Positions 47,786 through 57,337 of a DNA stretch of 64,000 nucleotides are shown here, one piece after another. The stretch is from Escherichia phage 241, in sequence record OR924452, one strand, 5' to 3'. Made by a program: the position numbers and the translations under genes. Below the pieces are notes generated by a model that saw only the letters and a list, made by a program, of their open reading frames with translations, had not been told where the DNA came from and did no database searches. Within the stretch, counting starts at the first letter, position 1; each line of letters begins with the position of its first letter.

Positions 47786-48576
47786 TGTTCAAGAAATTGG
47801 TGTTCGGTGCAATTATGGTTCTGGCTGCAAGTCTACTTTCTGGTTGTGGTGGCGTTATCGATGAAGGTAATGTCGGCGTTCGCACCCAATGGGGTGAAGT
47901 AGACATGAACCCTGTAACAGCGGGGATCTACACCAGCTTTGTTTCAAGCGTGGATGTTTACACGACCAAAGAAGCCGTTGTGAGTCTGACTAAAATGACG
48001 CCAAAGGCCAAAGACAACCTGACTCTGGAAGACTTGGATGTGGATGTTTATTACACACCCAATGTCGCAAAGGTTCCGTGGTTCCATACCAAATTTGCTG
48101 GCCAGAGCGCTGAACTCGATGATGGCACGATAGCGGTGGGTTTCAATCTAGTTAAAACTGCTGCAGCATCTTCTTCGATGGACGCCGTTTCTTCTCTTGA
48201 TTCTATGACAATCCACACCCAACGTGCTGAATTAGAGAAGATGATTAAAGACCGCACTCAGCAACAATTAGAGACTGCAGCGCCTGGCATGTTCACAATC
48301 ACACGCGTGTTGGTCAAAAAGGCGCTGACGGATCCTTCTATTGAGCAGTCTATCCGTGATAATGTTATGGCGGACAAACGATTGGATACGGCAAGAAAGA
48401 ACGTTGAAATTCGCGAGCAAGAAGCCCAAGCGAACCAGAAACTGACCACTTCGCTGACGCCTGAATATCTTCAACATGAATATAACATGGTATTACAATC
48501 ATGTGCCAACAGTGGAAAATGTACTCTGATCGTTGACGGATCCGGCTCAGGTAAAATGCTGAACGTCGGCAAATAA
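47782..48576 (+). CDS. SPFH/band-7-like lipoprotein
   Basis: Signal with lipobox LLSGC; beta-rich N-region followed by helical Ala/Gln/Glu-rich region, reminiscent of SPFH domains. Confidence 0.45.
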   Translation: MMFKKLVFGAIMVLAASLLSGCGGVIDEGNVGVRTQWGEVDMNPVTAGIYTSFVSSVDVYTTKEAVVSLTKMTPKAKDNLTLEDLDVDVYYTPNVAKVPWFHTKFAGQSAELDDGTIAVGFNLVKTAAASSSMDAVSSLDSMTIHTQRAELEKMIKDRTQQQLETAAPGMFTITRVLVKKALTDPSIEQSIRDNVMADKRLDTARKNVEIREQEAQANQKLTTSLTPEYLQHEYNMVLQSCANSGKCTLIVDGSGSGKMLNVGK

Positions 48577-48659
48577 ACGCTTTATTCAATAATATTTGTT
48601 AGGTAAGCTGTAGTCCTCTTGTAGTGAAACATTGTAAACAACTAACTGGAGTAATCCGA

Positions 48660-48938
48660 ATGAACCGTACTGATTTTATCGCTCACATCGCCCAGACTCA
48701 GGGTATGACCAAAGGCGAAGCAGAGAAGATCGTGGCATCTTTTATCAACGGCGTAAAAACTGCAGTCGCAGCTGGCCAATCTGTCCAATTCGTCGGCTTC
48801 GGCGCGTTTGAAGTTAAACATCAGGAAGCGCGCACTGGCCGCAACCCGCTGAACGGGCAAGCGATTCAGATCGAAGCGAAAAATGTTGTTAAATTCAAAG
48901 TCGGTGAAGGTCTGAAAGCTGCTGCCAACGGCCAGTAA
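48660..48938 (+). CDS. HU-like histone-like DNA-binding protein
   Basis: QFVGFGAFEVKHQEARTGRNPLNGQAIQIEAKNVVKFKVG matches HU/IHF [39 protein letters not shown]. Confidence 0.85.
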   Translation: MNRTDFIAHIAQTQGMTKGEAEKIVASFINGVKTAVAAGQSVQFVGFGAFEVKHQEARTGRNPLNGQAIQIEAKNVVKFKVGEGLKAAANGQ

Positions 48939-48988
48939 TCACATCCAGAGCGGTCGTGCCTAGCACAGCGTGTTAGGCTAAAAGAGAA

Positions 48989-49016
48989 AGCCGAGGTTAA
49001 TGCCTCGGCTTTTTCG
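48989..49016 (+). terminator. rho-independent terminator
   Basis: AGCCGAGG-TTAATG-CCTCGGCT hairpin followed by TTTT. Confidence 0.7.
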
Positions 49017-49063
49017 TTGTTGGAATTCGGGTAAACTATAACAGAACCCAAAGGAGGAACAAC

Positions 49064-50785
49064 GTGACAGCATTTAATCAATACCGAAAGGCAATTGACG
49101 CCATAGGCCGTAAGGTTCCTATAGAAGAAATACAAAGCCTTGCCAAAAACGAATTTCCATATGACAAGGCGAACCAAGGCCAGATGGAATGTATCGTCGA
49201 AGCCGTTGATGCCTTGGTCAACAAAAAGGTCAAACACGTGATCATTGAAGCCCCAACTGGCGTGGGGAAATCTTTGATTGGGACAACAATTCATAAAGTG
49301 ATTCGCCATTTGGTTTTACAGGCCGATCCTTATGGGCAATTCCGCACGTCTATCAGTACGCCCACCAAAGGTCTACAAGATCAGTATGCTGCTGAAAAGG
49401 CGGTGGCGATAGACATCCTGAAAGGCAAGAAGAACTATCGTTGCCACGTACACCCAGATGTGTATTACAACGCCGTGCAATGCCGTATAGCATGCCGCGA
49501 CGGGCATTGTAGCAAACGCCGTTGTCCTTATGTACAGGCGCGCAATTTATGGACTGATATTTCGTCATTGCGTTGCACTAATGCAGCTATGATGATTGAG
49601 ATGTGCACCACCATCTGTATGAAGCCTGAAAACCGTTCCGATATGCTGATCTTAGACGAGTGTCATAAGATGCCCTCTACGCTCCTAGAGCACACGATAA
49701 TGGAATACAATACAAAGGCTGTGGATGGGCTGCGAACTATCCCCGAAGGGAAGGAGATAGTCTCTATCATTGCCGATATCGTAGAACGCACCAAGGACTA
49801 TGTCTTGGGCAAGTTGTATTCCTTGTCCGGTGAAATGCATTCGATGTTTGAAGACCTCCATCTTAAAGTGGAGTCTTTGTTGGAAGTTCTTGAAGAATTG
49901 GTTGAAGATGACCGCCTGAGTGAAAGCCAGGTGATGAAACTCGCCGACATTATCGATGTACTACACAATCTGAGTGATTATTGTGGTATTATGTCTCAGA
50001 CAAAGGCCAGCACCTTTATCGTACAGGAAAAGGGAGATGACTTTATTCGGTTTAAACCCGTCATGCCTTCTGATGTAAGTGAATTTGGATTGTTCAGGAA
50101 AGCCGATTACCATGTTCATATGTCGGCAACAATCTGCGGAATCGATTCATATGCCCGTTCCTTGGGTATCCGCCAGGGGGATTATCATTCAATACAGATT
50201 GGAAATCCAATCCCAATTGAAAATCGGAAAGTCAACTATATGCCCATCGTTAAGATGACCAACAACATGGGCGATTATGAAATGAAAAGGCTGACGGAAT
50301 ACATTGATGAAATAATCGCATTCCATCCAGGGCAATCTGGCATCATACATACAGTGAGCTATGATCGCGCATTAGCAATACAAAAATTCAGCAAATACCA
50401 GAACTTTATCCATGTGCCACGCACCCGAAAGGCGTTGATGGATATTATGGAAAATGCCTTCAGGACAAAAACACCTTGTGTTATTGCCAGTCCGGCCATG
50501 GAAGAAGGATATGACTTCAAAGGTGATTACAGCCGATTCCAAATACTGATCAAAGTTCCTTACGATTATTTGGGTGATCCATTGATCGCACATATTAATT
50601 CAGTGGATCCGTCTGCGTACTTCCGCAACGCAGTATTGCGCATTGTTCAGATGTGCGGACGTTCGGTCAGGGGTGTGGATGACTGGGCTGCAACATACAT
50701 AATCGATTCTTCCTTTGAATCTCTTATGATGCGCAACCCAGAGTTCTTCCCAACCTGGTTCACCGATGCAGTATTTGAAGTTTAA
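49064..50785 (+). CDS. DinG/XPD-like superfamily 2 helicase with Cys-rich (putative Fe-S) insertion
   Basis: Walker A IIEAPTGVGKS, DEAH-type box LILDECHKM, Cys cluster CHVHPDVYYNAVQCRIACRDGHCSKRRCPY between them; GTG start with AAAGGAGG RBS. Confidence 0.65.
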   Translation: MTAFNQYRKAIDAIGRKVPIEEIQSLAKNEFPYDKANQGQMECIVEAVDALVNKKVKHVIIEAPTGVGKSLIGTTIHKVIRHLVLQADPYGQFRTSISTPTKGLQDQYAAEKAVAIDILKGKKNYRCHVHPDVYYNAVQCRIACRDGHCSKRRCPYVQARNLWTDISSLRCTNAAMMIEMCTTICMKPENRSDMLILDECHKMPSTLLEHTIMEYNTKAVDGLRTIPEGKEIVSIIADIVERTKDYVLGKLYSLSGEMHSMFEDLHLKVESLLEVLEELVEDDRLSESQVMKLADIIDVLHNLSDYCGIMSQTKASTFIVQEKGDDFIRFKPVMPSDVSEFGLFRKADYHVHMSATICGIDSYARSLGIRQGDYHSIQIGNPIPIENRKVNYMPIVKMTNNMGDYEMKRLTEYIDEIIAFHPGQSGIIHTVSYDRALAIQKFSKYQNFIHVPRTRKALMDIMENAFRTKTPCVIASPAMEEGYDFKGDYSRFQILIKVPYDYLGDPLIAHINSVDPSAYFRNAVLRIVQMCGRSVRGVDDWAATYIIDSSFESLMMRNPEFFPTWFTDAVFEV

Positions 50786-51549
50786 TAACCTGCAATAAAC
50801 GATAAATGGCACTTGATATTTGGTTCAAGTGTCGTTATCGTGATGATCATATTATCCACATCTTGGCTGAAAGATATATTTGCTATTGGTTTAGTCTGAA
50901 CGTGGTTGTACAGGCTGTATATCAAATCTTCACCACGGTATCCGACTTTACCATCAGTATCCTGCCAATGGCCTAACGTGGATTCATGAGCATGTACTCG
51001 GAATTCTATCATATGGAACAATGCTTTTGGGATTGTTTTCAGTATGCTGGTTCCGACAACAGGGATATCAATAGCAGAGTCGTTGGAATTGCCCTCATAT
51101 ACTGACGCCCAACCAAATGTTGGATCTCCCCCCGCTACTGGAGTTCTCTTCCAGTATTGGAATTCCGGATTTCCAGCAGCATTCTTTTGTAGAAGGATAA
51201 CTTCACCGCCTTCAAAATTAGAAGTGTCTATATCATCACGTGCTAATAAATCAGCTGGAGAACCAATAAATTTCCAGGTTTCGCGATCTAAAATAGACTT
51301 ATAATAATCGGTGAATACGTTACTGTCGTCAGCTGCGTTGATTGCGTCTTTAAGACCTTCACCTGTGACCATCTCATTGAGTTTTAGCCACATGTTTTTG
51401 ACAGCTGACGCAGCTGCGACTTGACCTTCAGTCCCACCCGCCGTGTAGTCATAAACGATGTCCAGCTTTTGTATGGAATCATTTATAGACAAGAGCAAAC
51501 GCTCAATTTCTGGGGCGGTCAGACTGAAACGATATGCGCGTTCTGACAT
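50782..51549 (-). CDS. hypothetical protein (255 aa, minus strand)
   Basis: Opposite-strand ORF between helicase and RNase H genes. Confidence 0.45.
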   Translation of the reverse strand: MSERAYRFSLTAPEIERLLLSINDSIQKLDIVYDYTAGGTEGQVAAASAVKNMWLKLNEMVTGEGLKDAINAADDSNVFTDYYKSILDRETWKFIGSPADLLARDDIDTSNFEGGEVILLQKNAAGNPEFQYWKRTPVAGGDPTFGWASVYEGNSNDSAIDIPVVGTSILKTIPKALFHMIEFRVHAHESTLGHWQDTDGKVGYRGEDLIYSLYNHVQTKPIANISFSQDVDNMIITITTLEPNIKCHLSFIAGY

Positions 51550-51591
51550 GATTCGTTCCTCATCGATAAAACCAGTTTGGGATACTTATAC

Positions 51592-52119
51592 ATGATTGAA
51601 ATATACACTGACGGGGCATCTTCCCCGCAGAAGACACAAGCCGCAGGTTGGGCATTTGCTATCAGTCCAATCACTGGAGAGCAATGGAAAGTGTTTTATG
51701 GGTATTTACCCCCACCGTCAACGAATAATATCGCTGAGTTGCTTGGGGTTATAAATGCCTTGAAGATTCTATGGAAATTCTCTAATTGCGGGGAACGCTG
51801 TATTCCCTCAGCCCGTATTATATCCGACAGCCAATATGTTATCAATAGTGTTTTGGAGTGGCGTAGAAAATGGGAATATGAAGGGATGCCGCCTAAGAAC
51901 ACAGAACTCCTACTCGAATTGTTCAATTATTATGACAAAGTTTGTTCAATTTGTGAACTTGAATTAAAATGGGTGAAAGGTCATGCGGGGAATATCGGCA
52001 ACGAAATCGCAGATCAGTGGAGCGTCAGAGCCAAAGAAAATAGCTCGATGGTTCTTGAAAATAATCGTTTTCTGGTCAGAAAGGTTGTTGGTTCTTTCAA
52101 TGAATTCATTGGTATTTGA
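51592..52119 (+). CDS. ribonuclease H (RNase HI family)
   Basis: IYTDGAS...GWAF...NNIAEL...ISDSQYVIN...KGHAGNIGNEIADQWS match RNase HI catalytic blocks; ATG 51592. Confidence 0.8.
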   Translation: MIEIYTDGASSPQKTQAAGWAFAISPITGEQWKVFYGYLPPPSTNNIAELLGVINALKILWKFSNCGERCIPSARIISDSQYVINSVLEWRRKWEYEGMPPKNTELLLELFNYYDKVCSICELELKWVKGHAGNIGNEIADQWSVRAKENSSMVLENNRFLVRKVVGSFNEFIGI

Positions 52120-52130
52120 GGATTATCACG

Positions 52131-52901
52131 ATGGGTATGAATTTTGTAGACAGGGGTGATAACGTCACCAAATATTTCACTGACGAAGATAATGATCGAG
52201 TTGTGGGGATATTGCGTGATTGGATCCCTGCTCGTAAAAAGGCATTAGCCGAAGGAACACCCCTACCAAGAATCCCCAATTACGTGGCCATGAATGTTCA
52301 GATGATAATCAAGAATATGAGTATGCGCTACAACTACCGTGATTATCCATATCGTGAAGACATGGTGAGTGAAGCGGTTGTGAACATCCTTCGTTACCTT
52401 CACACCTTTGACGTTAGCCATATCGGCAAGAAAGGAAAGATCAACTTCTTCTCTTGGGTGACTATGTGTGCCGATCGATCATTCGCCAAGAAACTCACGA
52501 GTGAAGAAGAACACAACTACATTAAATTGCGTTCCTTTGAAGAAGCAGGTGGGTTCGCAGCTTTATCGGATGACCCAGACTTCCAACAACAAACCTTCGT
52601 TGATAGCACTGGGATAACGATGGACTTTCGTGAACGCATCGGTAATTTCGAAAATAAGAAAGAAGCCCAGCGTGAAAAGGAACGCCAAAAGCAAACGGCT
52701 ATCAAAGAAGAGGAAAAGAATAAGAAAATCCCTCGCGGTATACTTCAATGTCTTACGAAGAGTGAAAATACCATTACCGCTGACGCCGAAGATAATTCAG
52801 ATAATGACTTCGGCTCTACTCAATTTAGTCTTGAAGATATAATGGACAGCCCCACATTGTTAGCCGAATCAGTTGGAGAAAAGAATAATGGCGATTGCTA
52901 A
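52131..52901 (+). CDS. late-transcription sigma factor, T4 gp55-like
   Basis: ILRDW, NILRYLHTFD and NFFSWVTMCADRSFAKKL parallel T4 gp55 IIDWKTEL, IKGLHNFD, AYITQACFNAFVQRIKKE; upstream of genes 47/46 as in T4. Confidence 0.6.
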   Translation: MGMNFVDRGDNVTKYFTDEDNDRVVGILRDWIPARKKALAEGTPLPRIPNYVAMNVQMIIKNMSMRYNYRDYPYREDMVSEAVVNILRYLHTFDVSHIGKKGKINFFSWVTMCADRSFAKKLTSEEEHNYIKLRSFEEAGGFAALSDDPDFQQQTFVDSTGITMDFRERIGNFENKKEAQREKERQKQTAIKEEEKNKKIPRGILQCLTKSENTITADAEDNSDNDFGSTQFSLEDIMDSPTLLAESVGEKNNGDC

Positions 52902-54003
52902 AATTGGCGATTTACACATCGGGAGCCGCAATGGTTCCCGTTACGTTCGTGAATTCATAAAGAATTATCTCATCAACTATTTTATTCCCGAATTGGTAGA
53001 TGCAGACATTAAAGAAGTTTGGCAATTCGGCGACACATTTGATGTTCGTAAATTTATGTACGGGCGCGACAAAGATTGGTTGAAAGATGAACTGACTCCA
53101 GCCCTGAGAAAGGCGGGTATCAAATGGAATGGCATCGTTGGAAACCATGATATCACCTTAGAAGAATCTAACCGTATCAACTGGCCATCCTATCTGAATG
53201 AATTAGCGCCAGACGTCTATCATTATTACAGTGAACCCACTGAAGTTTCGATTGAAGGCGAAAAGGTATTGCTTCTCCCATGGATCAATAAAGAGAATTA
53301 TGATGCATCTGTTAAAGCGATACAAGATACAGACGCCAAGTACTGTTTTGCGCATCTGGAGTTGGCAGGGTTCAAAATGTACCAGTCCTCTGTATGTGAT
53401 AAAGGTCAGATCGACGTGGCGCTCCTTTCCAAGTTCGAACGCGTGGATACCGGACATTTCCATACCCGTTCGATGGAAGGTAACATTCAGTATATTGGGA
53501 CTCCTTATCACCTTACCTGGGAAGACCATAAAGACGGGACGAACCGAGGATTCTATGTAGACGACATGAAAGGCGGGGAATTGTTTATTCCCAACAACGA
53601 GCAACAAACGTTGTTCCGATTCATCGAATACGACTACACCCAAATGTCTTCCGACACCGAAGGAAACTGGATTGACCCAGATTGGCTAAACAATGGTTTG
53701 GGTATTGAAGGGCAAATCGTTAAAGTGATTGTACAGAACCGCGATAATGCCAAGCATTATGAAAAGTTCTGCGACGCGCTGAAGCGCTGTAAATGCATCG
53801 ATTACAACTTTATAGATCGGACTATCACAGTCTCGTCTGAGAAGGTAGAAGTCACTGAAGAGATGGTGGCGACTGATGCTGTGGAAGTCCTGAAGAAAGA
53901 TATCCGCGCCGCCAATAATATCCAGCGCCCTGAAAATGTTTGCAAATTAGCAGAACAATTCTATAATGCTGCCCAACAACGCCTGAACACATTGGATGCA
54001 TAA
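52888..54003 (+). CDS. recombination endonuclease subunit, T4 gp47-like (Mre11/SbcD family)
   Basis: N-terminal IAKIGDLHIG phosphoesterase motif, GNHD and GHFH motifs; synteny with gp46. Confidence 0.8.
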   Translation: MAIAKIGDLHIGSRNGSRYVREFIKNYLINYFIPELVDADIKEVWQFGDTFDVRKFMYGRDKDWLKDELTPALRKAGIKWNGIVGNHDITLEESNRINWPSYLNELAPDVYHYYSEPTEVSIEGEKVLLLPWINKENYDASVKAIQDTDAKYCFAHLELAGFKMYQSSVCDKGQIDVALLSKFERVDTGHFHTRSMEGNIQYIGTPYHLTWEDHKDGTNRGFYVDDMKGGELFIPNNEQQTLFRFIEYDYTQMSSDTEGNWIDPDWLNNGLGIEGQIVKVIVQNRDNAKHYEKFCDALKRCKCIDYNFIDRTITVSSEKVEVTEEMVATDAVEVLKKDIRAANNIQRPENVCKLAEQFYNAAQQRLNTLDA

Positions 54004-54005
54004 TA

Positions 54006-56339
54006 ATGAGCAACGTAGATCTATTATCAAAATTTGGTTCGCTGTTGAAAGAAGCGGACGCTCCTGTTATTGTTGAAGCACCATTTGAAATCCGTGGGGA
54101 TATTACTCACAAACTGACTTTCCATCGTGGTCGCGCTAAGAACTTTCGTTCTATCGGTAATGAATTCATGGAAATTGATTACCAACGCAATTCGGCAACC
54201 TTGGTTACATCCGATGACAATGGCGCTGGTAAATCCACCATGCTTGTCTGGCTGCTGTTCTTCGTTCTGTACAACGACACGTACAGCAAGAAAGAGAAGA
54301 AAGCCGGATTGGTTAACTCTCAAAACAAAAAGGAATGCGTGGGTGAAGTTGAGTTCTCAACTCGCGGTAGTGAATGGAAAGTCCGTCGGGGTATCAAACC
54401 AGATTTTGTAGAAGTTTATCAGATGGTGGAAGGAGAGTGGAAGCAAGTCGTGAACGATGCGGCCAAAGCTGATATGAACAAGTACATCGTGAATCTCATC
54501 GGCGTGGACCAGAAGATGTTCGAGAACTCTTTGGTTTTGGGCAAGGAGAAGTTTATTCCTTTCACAGAGATGTATACCGCTGACCGCCGCGCCATGGTTG
54601 AAACAATTTGGGACTTGGGTTTCTTCAGCCTGATGAATGAGGATGTTAAAGCATCTATCAAGGCGGTAACGAACGAACTCACGACGGTCACCAATGATTA
54701 CGCCTTTCATGATGTGAATCTAAAAGGCCAGCAAGCGCAGTTGGAACAGATCAATAATTCCAATGCGATGATTCAGCAACAATCTGCGGATATCCTTGTC
54801 CAAGAGAAGGAACGTCTGAATAGCCTGAATTCAGATATCGGCGCAGTGCAGGAACAACTGACAGAGTCCCGTGCTCAAGACTCTAAATTGGAATCAGAAT
54901 TATCAGAAGTCCGTAATCGCCTGAACGCTGAAATGAAGGTGGATATCGATGCCATCAATGACGAGTATTTTGCCAAAATTCAAGCGGTTCAGGATGAGGC
55001 TGATACCAAGGCTGAAGACTATGAACGTATCGAGGTGTCTGATGGCGAACGTTCATTACAAGAAATTCGGGAGAGAATGGCGGTAGTCGCGGAACGTAAA
55101 AATGATCTGGTCAGCCAACGGAATGCTAACCTGGATGAACTGAACAAAGCATTAGCGCGGCGTCAGCAGGGTGAGAACTTCCGTATCAAATTCGTAACAG
55201 AAATGGAAGGACATGAATCTGCCATCAAACGTTTCCACGATATGGGCACTTGCCCTACGTGTACGCAATTAGTGTCGGACGATACCAAATCACGCATTGA
55301 AAGTCAATATTATCCGCAAATCAGTGAACTGACTGACAAGATTCTTCAGGTTGACACAGCCCTAGAAGAAGTTAATTCCCTGATTGAGAATTACAACGTC
55401 AAAGATTCAGAATTATCTTCTCAGATTTCGGTTGTTGACAAAGAACTGGATGCTTTGCGCAATGAAATCCGAGAAGCGGAATCAGCGATTGCTGCATTAA
55501 AACGCGACATCCAAGGATTCTATGATGTGGCAGCTGTTGAGAAAACATCTTTACAGCGGGAACAACAGTCCAAAATTAACGATATCCTCAAGGCCGTAGA
55601 CACCCGTTACGAAGATATCACGACGTCAATCCGTCAAGCGCGTGAGCAGCTCTCTAAGAGCATCAACGACACGACTGATAAACTCACCAGCCTGAAATCA
55701 CGCCGTGCCCCTCTGGAGGCATCCATTGCCGATTTAGAGCGTAAATTGGCGGTTAAGCCGACACCAACTGACGCCCTGGAAGAAGAGATCGCTCGCATCA
55801 CGGCGTTAATGGAAGATCTGAATGCGCGGCGCGTAGAGTTGGATGAGAAATTGCAAGACCTGAACCATCTTCTGTTCTTCCTAAAAGATGATCAGACCAA
55901 GGCTCGAATTATCAGCCTGTATTTGCCTTTCCTCAATAGTAAAATAAACGAGTATCTTGAAGCACTCAATATGTTCTTGGATATTGCTGTTGATGACACA
56001 TTTGAAATCACCATGAGCGCTGCAGGCCGTAAAGGGCAAAGCATCTTCTCATTATCTACTGGTCAGCGTAGTCGCCTGAACCTGGCTGTGACATTAGCTT
56101 TACGCGATGTTGCAAACCTCAAGGCGTCAGTGCAATGTAACCTGTTTGTGTTAGATGAAATCCTTGAGAACATGAGTGAGCGCGGCGTACAAGAATCGGT
56201 TGAGATGCTGAAGCATAAATTTGGCGGGAACAATCTGTTCGTTATCAGTCAACGCGAGCAGGAATTCCAAGAGTATTTCCAACACAACATCCGTTATGGT
56301 CTGCGTAATGGTATGACTGAAGTGATTAAGAAGGATTGA
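54006..56339 (+). CDS. recombination ATPase, T4 gp46-like (Rad50/SbcC family)
   Basis: Walker A DDNGAGKST, long central coiled-coil, C-terminal FVLDE Walker B. Confidence 0.85.
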   Translation: MSNVDLLSKFGSLLKEADAPVIVEAPFEIRGDITHKLTFHRGRAKNFRSIGNEFMEIDYQRNSATLVTSDDNGAGKSTMLVWLLFFVLYNDTYSKKEKKAGLVNSQNKKECVGEVEFSTRGSEWKVRRGIKPDFVEVYQMVEGEWKQVVNDAAKADMNKYIVNLIGVDQKMFENSLVLGKEKFIPFTEMYTADRRAMVETIWDLGFFSLMNEDVKASIKAVTNELTTVTNDYAFHDVNLKGQQAQLEQINNSNAMIQQQSADILVQEKERLNSLNSDIGAVQEQLTESRAQDSKLESELSEVRNRLNAEMKVDIDAINDEYFAKIQAVQDEADTKAEDYERIEVSDGERSLQEIRERMAVVAERKNDLVSQRNANLDELNKALARRQQGENFRIKFVTEMEGHESAIKRFHDMGTCPTCTQLVSDDTKSRIESQYYPQISELTDKILQVDTALEEVNSLIENYNVKDSELSSQISVVDKELDALRNEIREAESAIAALKRDIQGFYDVAAVEKTSLQREQQSKINDILKAVDTRYEDITTSIRQAREQLSKSINDTTDKLTSLKSRRAPLEASIADLERKLAVKPTPTDALEEEIARITALMEDLNARRVELDEKLQDLNHLLFFLKDDQTKARIISLYLPFLNSKINEYLEALNMFLDIAVDDTFEITMSAAGRKGQSIFSLSTGQRSRLNLAVTLALRDVANLKASVQCNLFVLDEILENMSERGVQESVEMLKHKFGGNNLFVISQREQEFQEYFQHNIRYGLRNGMTEVIKKD

Positions 56340-56341
56340 TC

Positions 56342-56650
56342 ATGGGAAGTCTGATCCGTGTATCAAAGAAATCCAAGGGCGCTGAAAAGCGCCTGTACAA
56401 AGCCGTTCGCCTGATGATCCTCTACAAGTACACTGCTGAGAATCAATGCTGGCGCAAGAAGACGCGTGTCCGCTACCAAGTCGCCCAGTACCAGATGAAG
56501 CAACGCGTTATCCGTTTGGCGATGAAGATCGCAGGAAATTACAAGTATTGGACATGTGAGGCTGTGGGCAGTCGCAAGGCAATTGACCTTGTCGAAGACC
56601 GGAATCTGTCTTTCCTGATCAATCTATCGGATTATGAGGACATGTCGTGA
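56342..56650 (+). CDS. hypothetical basic protein (103 aa)
   Basis: ATG 56342 with AAGGA RBS. Confidence 0.45.
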   Translation: MGSLIRVSKKSKGAEKRLYKAVRLMILYKYTAENQCWRKKTRVRYQVAQYQMKQRVIRLAMKIAGNYKYWTCEAVGSRKAIDLVEDRNLSFLINLSDYEDMS

Positions 56651-56976
56651 AAGTCGTCCACTTCAAGAAGGAGCCATATGACGTCTACATTGGGCGGCCT
56701 GGCAAATGGGGTAATGACTTCGAAGTCAAAGACCATGGGCGCGGCGTTTGTATCGAGTTATTCGAAGACGATTTGTATGTGCGTCTGATTGAAGGGGAAA
56801 TCACTGAGGATGAACTCCTTGAACTGGACGGAAAGATTCTAGGGTGCTGGTGTAAACCACGCCCCTGCCACGGGGATGTTTACGTCAAAGTGATCGGTCG
56901 TATTAAACTATTCCGTAAGTTGGGTAAATCTTTTACTGAATATTTGAGACAAACATATGTCAGAAGAGAAAGATGA
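56647..56976 (+). CDS. DUF4326-like protein
   Basis: VYIGRPGKWGN and GCWCKPRPCHGDV match the DUF4326 signature; GTG start overlapping previous stop. Confidence 0.5.
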   Translation: MKVVHFKKEPYDVYIGRPGKWGNDFEVKDHGRGVCIELFEDDLYVRLIEGEITEDELLELDGKILGCWCKPRPCHGDVYVKVIGRIKLFRKLGKSFTEYLRQTYVRRER

Positions 56977-57241
56977 AATACAGATTGCTTGTGATATCGC
57001 TGTGGAATTATGGAATCAGCGAAATAAACATCATCAGGTAGCATTGACACCAAAACGTTACCTAGAGCAAGGTGGGTTGATCGTTGTTGACGCCGTCTTG
57101 GGTTTCAACAAGTACACAGATATGCAAATCCTCCAAGGGGATTTCATAGTGGCATCAAAATCAGCATGGGACGATCCTATGGAGTTTGTCTACGGCTGGT
57201 TAGAGTGTATTGAGGAATCATACCATCTGATCTACGAATAA
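56957..57241 (+). CDS. hypothetical protein (94 aa)
   Basis: ORF followed by hairpin. Confidence 0.45.
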   Translation: MSEEKDEIQIACDIAVELWNQRNKHHQVALTPKRYLEQGGLIVVDAVLGFNKYTDMQILQGDFIVASKSAWDDPMEFVYGWLECIEESYHLIYE

Positions 57242-57245
57242 GGTG

Positions 57246-57270
57246 AAGGGCACTAAATATCAAGTGCCCT
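57246..57270 (+). terminator. hairpin terminator enclosing a late-promoter-like motif
   Basis: AGGGCAC-TAAATATCAA-GTGCCCT followed by TTATCTTTT. Confidence 0.5.
57253..57260 (+). promoter_or_regulatory. late-promoter-like motif CTAAATAT
   Basis: Lies in the loop of the hairpin, about 75 nt upstream of ATG 57338. Confidence 0.4.
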
Positions 57271-57337
57271 TTATCTTTTAACCCTGTCAGGAGGCTCAAT
57301 CGAGCTGCAAGTCGACAAACACATAAGGAACGCCATC

